DNA from: an uncultured Bacilli bacterium
Lineage (GTDB): Bacteria > Bacillota_I > Bacilli_A > RF39 > UBA660
Reading direction: 5' to 3'
Assembly (NCBI GenBank): GCA_910583685.1
Contig: CAJTXY010000003.1
Location: 1,504-65,503 of the forward strand
DNA: 64,000 nucleotides
Made by a program: the position numbers and the translations under genes. Each line of letters starts with the position of its first letter. Position 1 is the first letter of the stretch. The notes beneath the pieces were generated by a model. That model was not told where the DNA came from. It was given only the letters and a program-made list of their open reading frames with translations, and made no database searches. This document shows, in pieces, positions 9,963 to 22,104 of the stretch.

Positions 9963-10006
9963 AGACAACTGAACTTTTAAAGTAAAAGTTGTCTCTTTCT
10001 TTTTAT
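9963..10006 (+). terminator. Hairpin plus T-tract inside the leader, directly downstream of the promoter. Candidate attenuator.
   Basis: gagacaact...agttgtctc stem followed by TTTCTTTTTAT. Confidence 0.45.
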
Positions 10007-10026
10007 ATTATTAAAAGGATGATTGA

Positions 10027-10611
10027 ATGGGTCAATATTTTGAAAATGAAAAGTTGCCGAGTAAGTTACAAAAAAAAGAGGTAATTGTCTGTGATGAGAA
10101 ATTTATTTTCTATACAGATAATGGTGTTTTTTCTAAAGATGGACTTGATTTTGGCAGTAGGCTTCTGATTGAGACAATTGTTTCTGAAGATATGGGAGGT
10201 CATATTTTGGATGTAGGATGTGGTTATGGTCCTCTTGGTATTGTTTTAGGAAAGATAAAAGATATCTATGTTGATATGATTGATGTGAATCTTCGGGCGC
10301 TTCATTTAGCAGAGCGAAATGCAAAAGAAAATCATTTTGATATGGCAAATATTTTTGAAAGTAATTGTTATGAGAATGTGTTGGGTAAGTATACTGCAAT
10401 TGTGACTAATCCACCAATTAGGGCAGGAAAGAAAGTGGTTTACGATATCGTGATGAATGCTAAAAAGTATTTGGAGCAAGATGGAAAGTTATTTTTAGTA
10501 ATTCGTAAAGAACAAGGAGCAAAATCGCTAATTTCCGACATAGAAAAAATATATACTGTAGAAGTATTAGAACGAAAAAAGGGCTTTTTTATAATTAAGT
10601 GTACTTTTTAA
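10027..10611 (+). CDS. Class I SAM-dependent methyltransferase (YbxB/RsmC-like small rRNA methyltransferase).
   Basis: LDVGCGYGPLG motif I and TNPP motif IV. The position between rplL and rpoB matches Bacillus ybxB. Confidence 0.7.
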   Translation: MGQYFENEKLPSKLQKKEVIVCDEKFIFYTDNGVFSKDGLDFGSRLLIETIVSEDMGGHILDVGCGYGPLGIVLGKIKDIYVDMIDVNLRALHLAERNAKENHFDMANIFESNCYENVLGKYTAIVTNPPIRAGKKVVYDIVMNAKKYLEQDGKLFLVIRKEQGAKSLISDIEKIYTVEVLERKKGFFIIKCTF

Positions 10612-10710
10612 TTGACTTATTGATTCATTTGTGTTAATAATATAAATTGGCAACGTATTATTTTTTATAAATATGTTCTTTGAATTATAATGTGTATAGG
10701 GGTGAATACA

Positions 10711-13700
10711 GTGGCATATAAGAACGTTAAATGCGGTGATTTCCGCACAAGAAGAAATTTCTCTAAAATCAAAAATACGTATGAACTAAAAGACTTATTA
10801 GAGATTCAAAAGAAGTCTTATCAATGGTTTACAGAAAAAGGAATTAAAGAGGTTTTTGAAGACTTATTTCCGGTTGAAAACTTTTCTGGAACTCTATCGC
10901 TAGAGTTTGGTGATTATCATTTTGATGAACCAAAATATTCCATTAAAGAAAGTAAAGATCGTGAGTCTACTTTTGCTGCACCTTTAAAGGTGGAAGTGCG
11001 TCTTTATAATCGTGAGACGGGAGAAGTAAAAGAACAAGAAATCTTTATGGGTGATATGCCTATTATGACAGATAGTGGAACCTTCATTATTAATGGAGCA
11101 GAACGTGTTATTGTTTCACAACTTGTTCGTTCTCCGAGTGTTTATTTTAATCGTGAGATTGATAAAAACGGTCGTGAGTTAATTACATCACAAATTATTC
11201 CGACTCGTGGTACATGGTTAGAATTTGAGACGGATGCTAGAGATGTACTTTATGTTAGAATTGATCGTACTAGAAAGGTTACCCTTACTACACTTTTACG
11301 TGCTTTTGGTTTATCTAGCGATGATGAGATTCTTTCTATGTTTGGGGAAGATGAGTATTTAAAAAATACGATTAGTAAAGATGCAACTAAGAATACAGAC
11401 GAGGCTTTAATTGAAATTTATGAGAAATTAAGACCAGGAGAGCCTGCTACACTTGATTCTTCTAAAAACCAAATTATTACTCGTTTCTTTGATGAGTTTC
11501 GTTATGATTTAGCACGTGTTGGACGTTATAAATTTAATCGAAAGTTAAACGTAATCGATCGTCTACTGAACCAAACAATAGCAGAGGATGTTAAAGTTGG
11601 TGATGAGGTTGTCTTAGCGAAGGGAACTTTGATTACAAAGGCCAATATTGATATTCTTAAAGATGCGTTAGACAAAGGGTTTGGAGTACGTGATGCAAAA
11701 GTAAATGAAGAGTTAGATACATTTAATCGTATTCAAGAACTTAAGATTGTTGATCCACTTGATAAGAAGAAAAAGCTTATCGTTATTGGAAATGATTATG
11801 AGCTAGATGTAAAACGTTTAACTATTTCTGATGTTTATGCATCTGTATCTTATTATTTAAATCTTTTACACGGTGTTGGTAACTTCGATGAGATTGATCA
11901 CTTAGGAAATCGTCGTATTCGTCAGGTGGGAGAGCTTTTACAAAATCAATTTAGAATTGGTGTATCTCGTATGGAACGTGTGATCCGTGAGAGAATGACA
12001 ACTCAAGAAATGGAAGAAGTTACTCCTAAGACGTTAATTAATATTCGTCCTGTTACTGCTGCAATGAAAGAATTCTTTGGTAGCAGTCAGTTATCACAAT
12101 TTATGGATCAAACAAATCCAATCGCAGAGCTTACTAATAAACGTCGTTTATCTGCACTTGGACCAGGTGGATTATCACGTGATCGTGCCGGTGTTGAAGT
12201 TCGTGACGTTAATACTTCTCACTATGGTAGAATTTGTCCAATTGAGTCTCCAGAAGGACCAAATATCGGACTGATTACATCACTTGCAAGTTATGCTAAG
12301 ATTGATGAATATGGGTTTGTGATGACTCCATATCGCAAGGTTGTTGATTGCAAAATTACAGATGATGTTCATTATTTAACTGCGGATGAAGAATTAGACT
12401 ATATTATTTCTCAATCTACAGTGGAAACTGATGATGATAATAAAATTGTACAAACTCAGGTTAATGCTCGTTTTAGAGGAGATAATATTTTAGCAAAACC
12501 TGAACAAGTAGATTATATTGACGTTTCTCCTCAACAAGTTGTATCTGTTACAACAAGTTGTATTCCATTCTTAGAGCATGACGATGCAACTCGTGCTTCA
12601 ATGGGTGCAAATATGCAACGTCAAGCAATGCCACTAATAAAAACAGAGGCACCATTTATTGGAACTGGTGTTGAACATATTGCTGCAAAAGACTCTGGAG
12701 TTGTTGTTGTTGCAAAGGCAGATGGTGTTGTAGAATATGTAGATGCCCGAAAAGTTGTTGTTAAGACCAAAGGTGGAAAAGATACTTATAATTTAGCTAA
12801 TTTTGAGCTTGCAAACTCTGGTATTTGTAATCATCAAAGACCAATTGTTAAACTAGGAGATAAAGTTGTTGCAGGAAAGACAATTCTTGCTGATGGTAAT
12901 AGTACTGATATGGGAGAACTTGCTTTAGGTAAGAATATGGTAGTTGCATTTATGACATTTAATGGTTATAACTATGAAGATGCTGTTATCTTAAATGAAA
13001 ACCTAGTAAAAGAGGATGCCTATACTTCTCTACACTTAGAAGACTATGAAATGCAATGTCGTGAAACAAAACTTGGACCTGAAGAGATTACAAGAGATAT
13101 TCCAAATGTTAGTGAAGAAGCTCGTCGTAACTTAGATGAAAATGGTATTGTTACAATTGGTACAGAAGTAAAAGAAGGAGATATCTTAGTTGGTAAAGTA
13201 ACACCGAAGGGAATGGCTGAACTTACTTCTGAAGAGAAGTTATTGCACGCAATCTTTGGTGAGAAGACTCGTGAAGTTCGAGATACTTCTTTACGCGTAC
13301 CTCACGGTGGTGATGGTATTGTTCATGACATTAAGATTTACTCTCGTAAAGATAACGATGAACTTCCTGCAGGAGTATCTAAAATTATTCGTGTATATAT
13401 TATTCAAAAACGTAAGATTCAAGTTGGAGATAAAATGTCTGGACGTCATGGTAATAAAGGTGTTATTTCCCTTATTCTTCCACAGGAAGATATGCCATAT
13501 TTACCAGATGGTAGACCAGTTGATGTTATGCTTAATCCACAAGGTGTGCCTTCTCGTATGAATTTAGGACAAATTTTAGAGTTACATATGGGAATGGCTG
13601 CTAAAAAGTTAGGAGTTCACGTTGCAACACCAGTATTTGATGGTGCTCATATTGAAGATATTGAGGCAATGATGGAAGAAGCTGGAATGGATAAAGATGG

Positions 13701-14328
13701 TAAGACGATCCTTTATAATGGACGTACTGGAGAACCATTTGATAATCGTATCTCTGTTGGTGTTATGTATATGATTAAGTTACACCATATGGTAGATGAT
13801 AAGCTTCATGCACGTGCTACTGGTCCATATTCACTTGTTACACAACAGCCACTTGGTGGTAAAGCACAGTTTGGTGGACAAAGATTTGGAGAGATGGAAG
13901 TTTGGGCACTTTATGCTTACGGTGCTGCTCACACTCTACAAGAAATCTTAACTGTTAAATCAGATGATGTTATTGGTCGTGTTAAAGTTTACGAAGCCAT
14001 TGTTAAAGGTCAAGAAATTAATCAAGCAGGTGTTCCTGAATCATTTAGAGTACTTATGAAAGAGTTCCAAGCATTAGGACTTGATATTTCTATCATTAAT
14101 GATGAAGGGGAAACTTTAGAGCTTAAAGAGATAGAAGAGGCTGAAGACAAGGAAGATATGAAATTATCTATTGATGAATTAGAGTCATCTCCTGCTACAG
14201 AAATTAGAGAACAAAAAGATGCAGAAGAGCTTAGTTTAGAGATGGAGGAAATTGATGAAGATGATGAGGGGTTCATTGAAGAGATAGAGGAAGATGAATT
14301 ATTAGAGGAAGGAGTTGATGCTGAATGA
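10711..14328 (+). CDS. rpoB: DNA-directed RNA polymerase beta subunit. The alternative ATG at 10690 is less likely. A C-terminal acidic tail of about 70 aa is present.
   Basis: N-terminus aligns with Bacillus RpoB. GTG at 10711 follows TAGGGGTGA. Confidence 0.95.
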   Translation: MAYKNVKCGDFRTRRNFSKIKNTYELKDLLEIQKKSYQWFTEKGIKEVFEDLFPVENFSGTLSLEFGDYHFDEPKYSIKESKDRESTFAAPLKVEVRLYNRETGEVKEQEIFMGDMPIMTDSGTFIINGAERVIVSQLVRSPSVYFNREIDKNGRELITSQIIPTRGTWLEFETDARDVLYVRIDRTRKVTLTTLLRAFGLSSDDEILSMFGEDEYLKNTISKDATKNTDEALIEIYEKLRPGEPATLDSSKNQIITRFFDEFRYDLARVGRYKFNRKLNVIDRLLNQTIAEDVKVGDEVVLAKGTLITKANIDILKDALDKGFGVRDAKVNEELDTFNRIQELKIVDPLDKKKKLIVIGNDYELDVKRLTISDVYASVSYYLNLLHGVGNFDEIDHLGNRRIRQVGELLQNQFRIGVSRMERVIRERMTTQEMEEVTPKTLINIRPVTAAMKEFFGSSQLSQFMDQTNPIAELTNKRRLSALGPGGLSRDRAGVEVRDVNTSHYGRICPIESPEGPNIGLITSLASYAKIDEYGFVMTPYRKVVDCKITDDVHYLTADEELDYIISQSTVETDDDNKIVQTQVNARFRGDNILAKPEQVDYIDVSPQQVVSVTTSCIPFLEHDDATRASMGANMQRQAMPLIKTEAPFIGTGVEHIAAKDSGVVVVAKADGVVEYVDARKVVVKTKGGKDTYNLANFELANSGICNHQRPIVKLGDKVVAGKTILADGNSTDMGELALGKNMVVAFMTFNGYNYEDAVILNENLVKEDAYTSLHLEDYEMQCRETKLGPEEITRDIPNVSEEARRNLDENGIVTIGTEVKEGDILVGKVTPKGMAELTSEEKLLHAIFGEKTREVRDTSLRVPHGGDGIVHDIKIYSRKDNDELPAGVSKIIRVYIIQKRKIQVGDKMSGRHGNKGVISLILPQEDMPYLPDGRPVDVMLNPQGVPSRMNLGQILELHMGMAAKKLGVHVATPVFDGAHIEDIEAMMEEAGMDKDGKTILYNGRTGEPFDNRISVGVMYMIKLHHMVDDKLHARATGPYSLVTQQPLGGKAQFGGQRFGEMEVWALYAYGAAHTLQEILTVKSDDVIGRVKVYEAIVKGQEINQAGVPESFRVLMKEFQALGLDISIINDEGETLELKEIEEAEDKEDMKLSIDELESSPATEIREQKDAEELSLEMEEIDEDDEGFIEEIEEDELLEEGVDAE

Positions 14329-17300
14329 TAGAAGTAAATAAATTCGAAGCATTAAAAATTGGTATCGCTTCTCCTTCAAAGATTCGCGAATGGAGTTATG
14401 GTGAAGTTAAAAAGCCAGAGACGATTAACTACCGTACTCTTCGTCCAGAACGTGATGGACTTTTCTGTGAAAAGATTTTTGGACCATCTAAGGACTTTGA
14501 ATGTGCTTGTGGTAAATATAAGCGTGTTCGTTATAAAAATATTGTATGTGATCGTTGTGGAGTAGAAGTTACACGTAGCAAGGTTCGTCGTGAACGTATG
14601 GGTCATATCGAACTTGCTTCTCCTGTTTCTCATATTTGGTTCTTTAAGGGTGTTCCTTCTCGTATGGGACTTGTACTTGATATGAGTCCAAGAGATTTAG
14701 AGGAAGTACTTTACTTTGTTAGTTATGTTGTAATTGATAAGGGAAATGCTCCTCTTGAAAATAAACAGACTCTATCTGAAAAAGAATATCGTGCTTATTA
14801 TGAAAAATATGGTACTGGTTTCAAAGTAGGAATGGGTGCTGAGGCGATTAAAGAACTACTTAAAAAAGTAGATTTAAAGAAAGAAATCGACGAAATCACT
14901 GCTGAGCTTGAAAATGCTCAAGGGCAAAAGAGAACTCGTCTAGTAAAACGACTTGACGTATTAGATGCTTTTTATCAATCAGGAAATAGACCTGAGTGGA
15001 TGATTATGGATTGTATTCCAGTAATTCCGCCAGATCTTCGTCCGATGATTCAGCTTGATGGTGGTCGTTTTGCAACGAGTGATTTAAATGATTTATATCG
15101 TCGTGTTATTAATCGTAATAATCGTTTAAAGAAATTAATTGATCTAGGGGCTCCTGGTATCATTATTCAAAATGAAAAGCGTATGCTACAAGAAGCAGTA
15201 GATGCCTTATTTGATAATGGTCGTCGTGGTAGAAGTGTTACAGGTGCTGGAAATCGTCCTCTTAAATCAATTTCTAGTATGTTAAAAGGTAAGCAAGGAC
15301 GTTTCCGTCAGAACTTACTTGGAAAACGTGTAGATTACTCTGGTCGTAGTGTTATCGTTGTTGGTCCATCGTTAAAGATGTATCAATGTGGTATTCCAAA
15401 AGAAATGGCATTAGAGTTATTTAAACCTCACGTTATTCATGGCTTAGTTAGTCAAGATATTGCTCATAATATAAAAGCGGCAAAACGTTTAATTGATAAT
15501 CAAGATCCTGTTGTTTGGGATATTGTTGAAGAGGTTATAAAAGAACATCCAGTTTTATTAAACCGTGCTCCGACACTTCATAGACTTGGAATTCAAGCAT
15601 TTGAACCAATTCTAGTTGGTGGAAAGGCAATTCGTCTTCACCCACTTGTATGTACTGCCTTTAATGCAGACTTCGATGGAGACCAGATGGCTGTTCACGT
15701 ACCTCTTTCTGAAGAAGCACAGGCAGAAGCTAGACTTTTGATGTTAGGTTCTAACAATATTTTACATCCAAAGTCAGGTGACCCAATTGTTACGCCTTCA
15801 CAAGATATGGTTTTAGGAAATTACTATATTACAATGGAAAAGGCTGGTTTAGATGGAGAAGGCCGTGTATTTAGAAATGCAAATGAAGCATTGATGGCTT
15901 ATGAAAGACGAGAAATTACACTTCATACCAGAGTGGCAATTCCTGTAGACTCTTTCAAATATAAAGTGTTTATGGATGATCAAAAAGGAAAATATTTGGT
16001 TACAACTCCAGGTAAACTTAAATTCAATGAAATTTTACCAGATTCTTTCCCTTATATTAATGAACCTACAGATGATAATATTCAAAAAATTACACCTAAT
16101 AAATACTTTATTGAGCGTGGTAAGAATATTAAAGAAGAAATTGAAGCAATGCCACTTGTTAAGCCTTTTGTTAAAAGTACATTAGAGAAAATTATCGCTC
16201 AAGTGTTTAAACGCTATAAGACAACTGAGACTTCTGCAATGCTTGATAATTTAAAAGATTTAGGATTTAAATATTCTACAATTGCTGGTATTACTATTAG
16301 TATTTCCGATGTTGAGACTAGTAAGAACAAGAGAGCCATTGTTGAAGAGGCCCAAAAAGTTGTTGATAAAATTAACAAACAATATAAACGAGGTTTAATT
16401 ACAGAGGATGAACGTTTTAACAAAGTAATTGAAACTTGGAATGGGGCAAAGGATCAGGTTCAAAAGGAACTTGAAGAAATTGCAAATAGCGATATTGATA
16501 ACCCAATCTTTATGATGATGCATTCTAAGGCTCGTGGTAATATCTCGAACTTTACACAGGTTGCTGGTATGCGTGGTATTATGGCAAAACCAAATGGTGA
16601 GTCTGTAGAAATTCCAGTATTATCTTCATTTAAAGAGGGACTTTCCGTATCAGAATTCTTCTTGTCTACTCATGGTACTCGTAAGGGTCTTGCAGATACG
16701 GCATTGAAGACAGCGGATTCTGGATATTTAACAAGACGTCTTGTTGATGTCAGTCAAGATATGATCATTCGTGAAGAAGATTGTGGAACGGATCAAGGTG
16801 TTGTTGTTCGTGACTTTATCAATGAAAAGACTGGTACTGTTATTGAGGGACTTTATGATCGTATCGTTGGACGTTATGCAAATAAAAAGATTCTTCATCC
16901 AGAAACTAAAGAAGTTATCGTTGATAAACTTCAGTTAATTACAGAGTCTCTTGCTGAGAAAGTAATTGCTGCTGGAATTACAGAAGTTGAAATTAGAAAT
17001 ATCTTAATATGTAATACTGTAAATGGTATCTGTCAAAAATGTTATGGACGTAACCTTGCAACAGGTAATATTGTTGAAATTGGTGAGGCAGTTGGTGTTA
17101 TGGCTGCACAATCTATTGGTGAGCCAGGTACTCAGCTTACTATGCGTACATTCCATACTGGTGGTGTTGCTGGTGGAGAAGATATTACGCAAGGTCTTCC
17201 ACGTGTACAAGAGTTATTTGAAGCACGTAATCCAAAAGGAAAAGCAACGATTGCAGAGATTGATGGTAAAGTTACTAAGATCAAAGAAGATCACGGTAAA

Positions 17301-17957
17301 TATAAGATCAGTGTTACTAATAAATTAGAGACAAAAGAACACGTTACTAATTATGCTGCAAAGCTTTGTATCGAAAAAGGTGATGAAGTTCATTGTGGTG
17401 ATCGTCTTACAGAAGGTGCAATTAGTCCTAAAGAGTTGCTTGCTGTAACGGATCCAATCACTACACAAGAATATATTCTAAAAGAAGTACAACACACATA
17501 CCGTTCTCAAGGTGTTGATATATCTGATAAGCACGTTGAAATCATTGCTCGTCGTATGATTAGCAAGATGAGAATCGTAGAAAGTGGAGATACAAAATTC
17601 TTACCTGGTTCTCTTGTTAATTTCCGTGAATTTACAGATGGAAATACAGAAGTAGTATTAAAGGGTAAAAAACCAGCTTTAGGAAAACCAGTGTTACTTG
17701 GAATTACGAAAGCTTCCCTTGAAACTGATTCTTTCTTATCTGCTGCATCATTCCAAGAGACAACTAGAATCTTGACCGATGCTGCTATTCGTGGAAAAAT
17801 AGATCCATTAGAGGGATTAAAAGAAAATGTTATTATTGGTAAACTAATTCCTGCTGGAACTGGTTCTCGCCAATACCGTGATATTGATTATGCTTTAAAA
17901 AGTGAATTCATTGATGAAGAGCCACTTGAGAAGTTAGAAGATCAATTTATGGAATAG
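14325..17957 (+). CDS. rpoC: DNA-directed RNA polymerase beta' subunit.
   Basis: Zn-binding CxxC N-terminus and NADFDGD catalytic motif. Confidence 0.95.
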   Translation: MIEVNKFEALKIGIASPSKIREWSYGEVKKPETINYRTLRPERDGLFCEKIFGPSKDFECACGKYKRVRYKNIVCDRCGVEVTRSKVRRERMGHIELASPVSHIWFFKGVPSRMGLVLDMSPRDLEEVLYFVSYVVIDKGNAPLENKQTLSEKEYRAYYEKYGTGFKVGMGAEAIKELLKKVDLKKEIDEITAELENAQGQKRTRLVKRLDVLDAFYQSGNRPEWMIMDCIPVIPPDLRPMIQLDGGRFATSDLNDLYRRVINRNNRLKKLIDLGAPGIIIQNEKRMLQEAVDALFDNGRRGRSVTGAGNRPLKSISSMLKGKQGRFRQNLLGKRVDYSGRSVIVVGPSLKMYQCGIPKEMALELFKPHVIHGLVSQDIAHNIKAAKRLIDNQDPVVWDIVEEVIKEHPVLLNRAPTLHRLGIQAFEPILVGGKAIRLHPLVCTAFNADFDGDQMAVHVPLSEEAQAEARLLMLGSNNILHPKSGDPIVTPSQDMVLGNYYITMEKAGLDGEGRVFRNANEALMAYERREITLHTRVAIPVDSFKYKVFMDDQKGKYLVTTPGKLKFNEILPDSFPYINEPTDDNIQKITPNKYFIERGKNIKEEIEAMPLVKPFVKSTLEKIIAQVFKRYKTTETSAMLDNLKDLGFKYSTIAGITISISDVETSKNKRAIVEEAQKVVDKINKQYKRGLITEDERFNKVIETWNGAKDQVQKELEEIANSDIDNPIFMMMHSKARGNISNFTQVAGMRGIMAKPNGESVEIPVLSSFKEGLSVSEFFLSTHGTRKGLADTALKTADSGYLTRRLVDVSQDMIIREEDCGTDQGVVVRDFINEKTGTVIEGLYDRIVGRYANKKILHPETKEVIVDKLQLITESLAEKVIAAGITEVEIRNILICNTVNGICQKCYGRNLATGNIVEIGEAVGVMAAQSIGEPGTQLTMRTFHTGGVAGGEDITQGLPRVQELFEARNPKGKATIAEIDGKVTKIKEDHGKYKISVTNKLETKEHVTNYAAKLCIEKGDEVHCGDRLTEGAISPKELLAVTDPITTQEYILKEVQHTYRSQGVDISDKHVEIIARRMISKMRIVESGDTKFLPGSLVNFREFTDGNTEVVLKGKKPALGKPVLLGITKASLETDSFLSAASFQETTRILTDAAIRGKIDPLEGLKENVIIGKLIPAGTGSRQYRDIDYALKSEFIDEEPLEKLEDQFME

Positions 17958-17962
17958 ATTTA

Positions 17963-17990
17963 AGACACATCTTTCGAGATGTGTTTTTTC
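17963..17990 (+). terminator. Intrinsic terminator after rpoC.
   Basis: acacatct-ttcg-agatgtgt followed by TTTTTT. Confidence 0.7.
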
Positions 17991-18021
17991 TGTACATTTT
18001 TTGTTATTTATGTTATAATAA

Positions 18022-18822
18022 GTGGCGATTTTGGAGGCGGTAATAATGGAATGGCAGGATGTTATATATATGGACGGTTATGAGAATCTAGTTCGAAGAG
18101 AAAGTGGAAAGCATTCTAAATTTGCCCAAAGGGAAATTGGGGGGGTACAATATCTGCTTAAAATTTTTGATAAATGTACAGATGATAAAAGAACAGTTAT
18201 CGACCGATTTCGTAATTTATCTTATGAGGGTGTTAATGCTTTTCCTACTGGTAAAGTATATGTTTATGATCGTGATGAAGGTTATGTATCTAAGTATTAT
18301 GACGGGGCAGTAGACTTTTCTGATGATTTATGTTCTATTATTCCTTATGATGTTCGTTATCAGGCAACTCTTGATATTTGTTCGCAACTTCGTTTTTTGC
18401 ATATGAATGAATTTATTGCAAATGATATTCGGCTGGCTAATAACCTTGTTTCTTTTAGAGATCGATGTGGTTTAATGATTGATTTTGAAGATATGATATT
18501 GGAGGATGATTATAAGGTTAAATCTACGTATTATCGATTTTATAAAAAGGGTTATAATGAAAAATTACCTCCTTCTAAATGGGATGATGTAAAGAAACAG
18601 TTTATATGTAGCGTTTCACTTTTGTTGGCCCAAGATTTTGAAACACTTATTCTTTGTCGTGATGAGTATGATTTTTTAAATAAATTTTCTTTTGATAGTG
18701 AGCTTTATGAATTTACTAATCAGCTTTTTAGAGATGATAAAGTAATTTATTTTGATGAGATTGCACCAAAATTTCGTGATGAGGAAAAAGTACGAAGTTA
18801 TATTAAAAGTATGAAGAGTTAA
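18022..18822 (+). CDS. Hypothetical protein with an atypical protein-kinase-like fold. The likely start is the ATG at 18046.
   Basis: Catalytic-loop-like NDIRLANNLV and DFE (a DFG-like motif). No strong Gly-loop. Confidence 0.45.
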   Translation: MAILEAVIMEWQDVIYMDGYENLVRRESGKHSKFAQREIGGVQYLLKIFDKCTDDKRTVIDRFRNLSYEGVNAFPTGKVYVYDRDEGYVSKYYDGAVDFSDDLCSIIPYDVRYQATLDICSQLRFLHMNEFIANDIRLANNLVSFRDRCGLMIDFEDMILEDDYKVKSTYYRFYKKGYNEKLPPSKWDDVKKQFICSVSLLLAQDFETLILCRDEYDFLNKFSFDSELYEFTNQLFRDDKVIYFDEIAPKFRDEEKVRSYIKSMKS

Positions 18823-18902
18823 GTGTTAAGCTCTTTTTTCTTTGCCTAAATTTATATACAATTCTTTTAATCTTTTGTATAATCAAGATAGGAGGGGTCT
18901 AG

Positions 18903-21395
18903 ATGATAGAATTAAAGGGCGTTGGGAAAACTTATCAGTCGAGATATGGTAGTGATACAAAAGCACTTGAAGATATTAATCTTTTGTTTGGAACTAGTGG
19001 TCTTGTTTTTATTGTTGGAAAAAGTGGCTGTGGTAAATCAACTTTATTAAATCTTTTAGGTGGCCTTGATGCTCCCTCTTCTGGTGAAATTTTGCTAAAC
19101 GGTAAGAGTATTTCTAGACTTCAAAAAGATGAGAGTGATGCTTATCGTAATACTTATGTTGGTTTTGTTTTTCAGGATTTTAATATTTTAGAACAGTACA
19201 ATGTTTATGAAAATATAGAGCTTGCTTTAAAACTTCAAAATAAAAATTTATCTTTCCAGGAAATGGATGAACTTCTTCGTTTATTAGATCTAGAGGGATT
19301 AGAAAAACGCAAAATTAATGAGTTATCAGGTGGTCAAAAGCAACGGGTAGCGATTGCCCGTGCCCTTATTAAACATCCACAAATGATTTTGGCTGATGAA
19401 CCTACAGGAAATTTGGATGCAGCTTCTAGTACTCAGATTTTTGAGATATTAAAGGAAATTAGTAAGAGGCAACTAGTCATTGTTGTCTCTCATGATCTTG
19501 AATCAGCAGAACATTATGCGGATAGAATTATTAAAGTAGCTGATGGAGCGATTGTTTCTGATACGGCACCTAGTTCGGAGGTAATAGAAAAGGAAGTATC
19601 TTTTCATCCCTCTCACTTACCATTTTCTTATGCTTTTAAAATGGCTCTTTCTAATTTAAAAAGAAAGCCAGTTAAACTGTTTATGACTATACTTTTGACT
19701 GCTATTTCTCTTCTTTTTATGGGATTTACTGTGAATAGTCTTTTATTTAATCCGATTCAGTTTACAACCAGTGTAATTTACGATAATGAAAATTATGTTT
19801 ATCATTTACGAAATAGCAAAATATACCCACTTGGAGAAACCGATTATTTACAGTTAGATGATAGGGACTTTGAGAAGCTTTCTATGCTTACTAAAAGTAA
19901 GATTAATCCAGCTTATTCTTTGTTTGATGATGGTGAACTTTTGACTTTTCATTTTGGTGAGAATCCATCTTCTCAAAAGCATAATTCTTATTATGAAACT
20001 GTTCCCAATTTTTTTAATTTTATTGAGCTTACAGATGAGAGAGTGCTGGGGGATGTAATTGGTAGGCTTCCTATTCATTCAAATGAGATGGTTGTTTCTA
20101 AATATTTTGCTGATTATGCTATCAAGTTTGGTATTATGGACAGTAATGGTAAGCTATATTTTCCTAAAAATTATCAGGACTTTGTAACATCTGATCATCC
20201 AATTGCTTTGGGTTCTAATTCTGTTTTTATTGTTGGGATTCGCAATGATGATGATAAGTTGTTTCTCTCTTCTAAAGAAAAAGGGGCATTTGATGATGAG
20301 GATTTGCGAAAATACTTTTCAGAAAGTTATCTTTATCATAGTTCTGACGTTTATGTAAAAGGGTTTACTGAGGAGGCAAAGCTTTTAGTACGTCGTGAAT
20401 CTATTTTAAATCGAATGTCGTTACAGAATTCCGCTGATCGCATTGAAGGAGATTTATTATCATTGCAGGGGGAAGTTTCTGCTTTGACTAAAGGAGGCAT
20501 TTCTTCTTTTACTCATTTATCTAGAAAACAAATTTTGATTTCTAAAGATTCTTTGTTAAGACTAGACCCAGAATTTAAAACAAGATTTGAGGTTTATGCC
20601 TCTTTAAAACCCAATGAAAATCCGGATCAGTTGTTATATGAGCTTTTAAATCAATATATTTTAGACGATAAATTGGCACACCTATCTCTTACACTTACCA
20701 CTCATAATCTTGTTACTTTTTCCACGGAATCTACTCCTGTTTTTATTGCAGGTATTTCCCTTGATGGGAAGGATTATGTCAGCGATGATTATTTAAAAGA
20801 TTATCAACCAGTTTCTAAGCGATGTTTATTTGTACAATTTTATAATGATGATATGAAAAGGCAAGCTTCTATACTAAAAAAATTTCCTTTTACTTATGAT
20901 TCTTTAAATATGAAAAATCCAGGAACTTATTATACAATTGATATGAAATATGACACTACTATACTTAATGTTATTGGTGTTTATGAGGGGTTATGGTTTT
21001 ATATATTGATTGCAAGCTTGGTATTTGTTTTGTTTACTTTCCTTTTGTATTCTAATTTTTTGGCAACATCTATTTCTTACTCTAGAAAAGAGATTGGTAT
21101 TTTACGTGCTCTCGGTGCCAGAAGAGGAGATATTATAAAAATATTTGATTATGAGGCCCTTGTGATTGGCGTTTTATCTTGGATCTTATTTATGATATTC
21201 TGGTTTTTAACTGTTTATTTATTAAATAAGTCATTATTTGATCATTTGTTTTTTACTGTAAGGGGTATTATTACACATCCATTTGTACCTTTCTTTATGT
21301 TAGTGTTTATTCTTTTCTTTGCTAATCTTATTACTTTTGCTTCTATTAGTAGGATTACGAAGATTAGGCCGATAGATGCTATTTTGGAAAAATAA
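18903..21395 (+). CDS. ABC transporter, fused ATP-binding domain and FtsX/MacB-type permease.
   Basis: Walker A GKSGCGKST, signature LSGGQKQRVAIARAL, Walker B ILADEPTGNLD. The C-terminal 4-TM FtsX-like region is separated by a large extracytoplasmic domain. Confidence 0.8.
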   Translation: MIELKGVGKTYQSRYGSDTKALEDINLLFGTSGLVFIVGKSGCGKSTLLNLLGGLDAPSSGEILLNGKSISRLQKDESDAYRNTYVGFVFQDFNILEQYNVYENIELALKLQNKNLSFQEMDELLRLLDLEGLEKRKINELSGGQKQRVAIARALIKHPQMILADEPTGNLDAASSTQIFEILKEISKRQLVIVVSHDLESAEHYADRIIKVADGAIVSDTAPSSEVIEKEVSFHPSHLPFSYAFKMALSNLKRKPVKLFMTILLTAISLLFMGFTVNSLLFNPIQFTTSVIYDNENYVYHLRNSKIYPLGETDYLQLDDRDFEKLSMLTKSKINPAYSLFDDGELLTFHFGENPSSQKHNSYYETVPNFFNFIELTDERVLGDVIGRLPIHSNEMVVSKYFADYAIKFGIMDSNGKLYFPKNYQDFVTSDHPIALGSNSVFIVGIRNDDDKLFLSSKEKGAFDDEDLRKYFSESYLYHSSDVYVKGFTEEAKLLVRRESILNRMSLQNSADRIEGDLLSLQGEVSALTKGGISSFTHLSRKQILISKDSLLRLDPEFKTRFEVYASLKPNENPDQLLYELLNQYILDDKLAHLSLTLTTHNLVTFSTESTPVFIAGISLDGKDYVSDDYLKDYQPVSKRCLFVQFYNDDMKRQASILKKFPFTYDSLNMKNPGTYYTIDMKYDTTILNVIGVYEGLWFYILIASLVFVLFTFLLYSNFLATSISYSRKEIGILRALGARRGDIIKIFDYEALVIGVLSWILFMIFWFLTVYLLNKSLFDHLFFTVRGIITHPFVPFFMLVFILFFANLITFASISRITKIRPIDAILEK

Positions 21396-21456
21396 AATTT
21401 TCTTTACAAAAAGGGTATTTTTATATAAAATATAGTGAACAGAAAGAGGGAGTTAT

Positions 21457-21621
21457 ATGAAAAAATTAGATGATAAGGGATTTAGCTTAAGTGCTATGAT
21501 AACTTTTGTTTGTATATTTATTTTCTTTTTAATTGTTGTTGCACTCATTTCCTTTAATTTGGGGGTTGGAAAAGATTCACCAGAGCCTTTATATGATATT
21601 GAAGAGGAAGGCTCTAAGTAG
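21457..21621 (+). CDS. Small membrane protein of 54 aa, not in the ORF track.
   Basis: RBS AGAGGGAG 6 nt upstream. One TM helix, then an acidic tail. Confidence 0.35.
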   Translation: MKKLDDKGFSLSAMITFVCIFIFFLIVVALISFNLGVGKDSPEPLYDIEEEGSK

Positions 21622-21630
21622 AATTTTGTT

Positions 21631-22104
21631 ATGAAAAACAGAATCGTTAGTGAGGAAGAATACCAATCAGCTTTATTGCAACTTTCTAATATTATGCGAG
21701 AAAAAGAAAGACTTAAGTGTTTGAATGAATCGGGTAATTATAATGCTCATATTCAACTTGGTAGTAGTTTTGAAGAGTTGCTAATTAATTTGAAGCGAAA
21801 TAATATGAGAATTGATGAAAATTTGGAGTTATATCGAAAAAGCATTTTATCTGAATTTCTTGTTACTACTCGTAGTGATTTCGATATAGTAGAAAAATTG
21901 GATTTTATTATAGAACAAAAACTTGTTGGTTTAGATACCGATGAGGGTTCCATAGGTTTTGAAGCTATTTTTGATGAGATGGTTTGTTTAAACCGACAAA
22001 AAGAGGCAAATCAATATTTGATTGATTATATAGAGAAGATGCAAACTACAGAGAGTACTTGCCGTAAGATAAAAGGAGCTTATGAAAAGAGAAGTAGGAG
22101 ATAA
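21631..22104 (+). CDS. Hypothetical cytoplasmic protein (157 aa).
   Basis: ORF only. No recognisable motif. Confidence 0.45.
   Translation: MKNRIVSEEEYQSALLQLSNIMREKERLKCLNESGNYNAHIQLGSSFEELLINLKRNNMRIDENLELYRKSILSEFLVTTRSDFDIVEKLDFIIEQKLVGLDTDEGSIGFEAIFDEMVCLNRQKEANQYLIDYIEKMQTTESTCRKIKGAYEKRSRR

Noticed and set aside
12077-17328. Short internal and antisense ORFs within rpoB and rpoC (for example 12077-12274, 13256-13561, 14022-14276, 14359-14633, 15976-16423, 17004-17328).
   Set aside because: They lie entirely within highly conserved RNAP genes and are typical AT-rich spurious frames.
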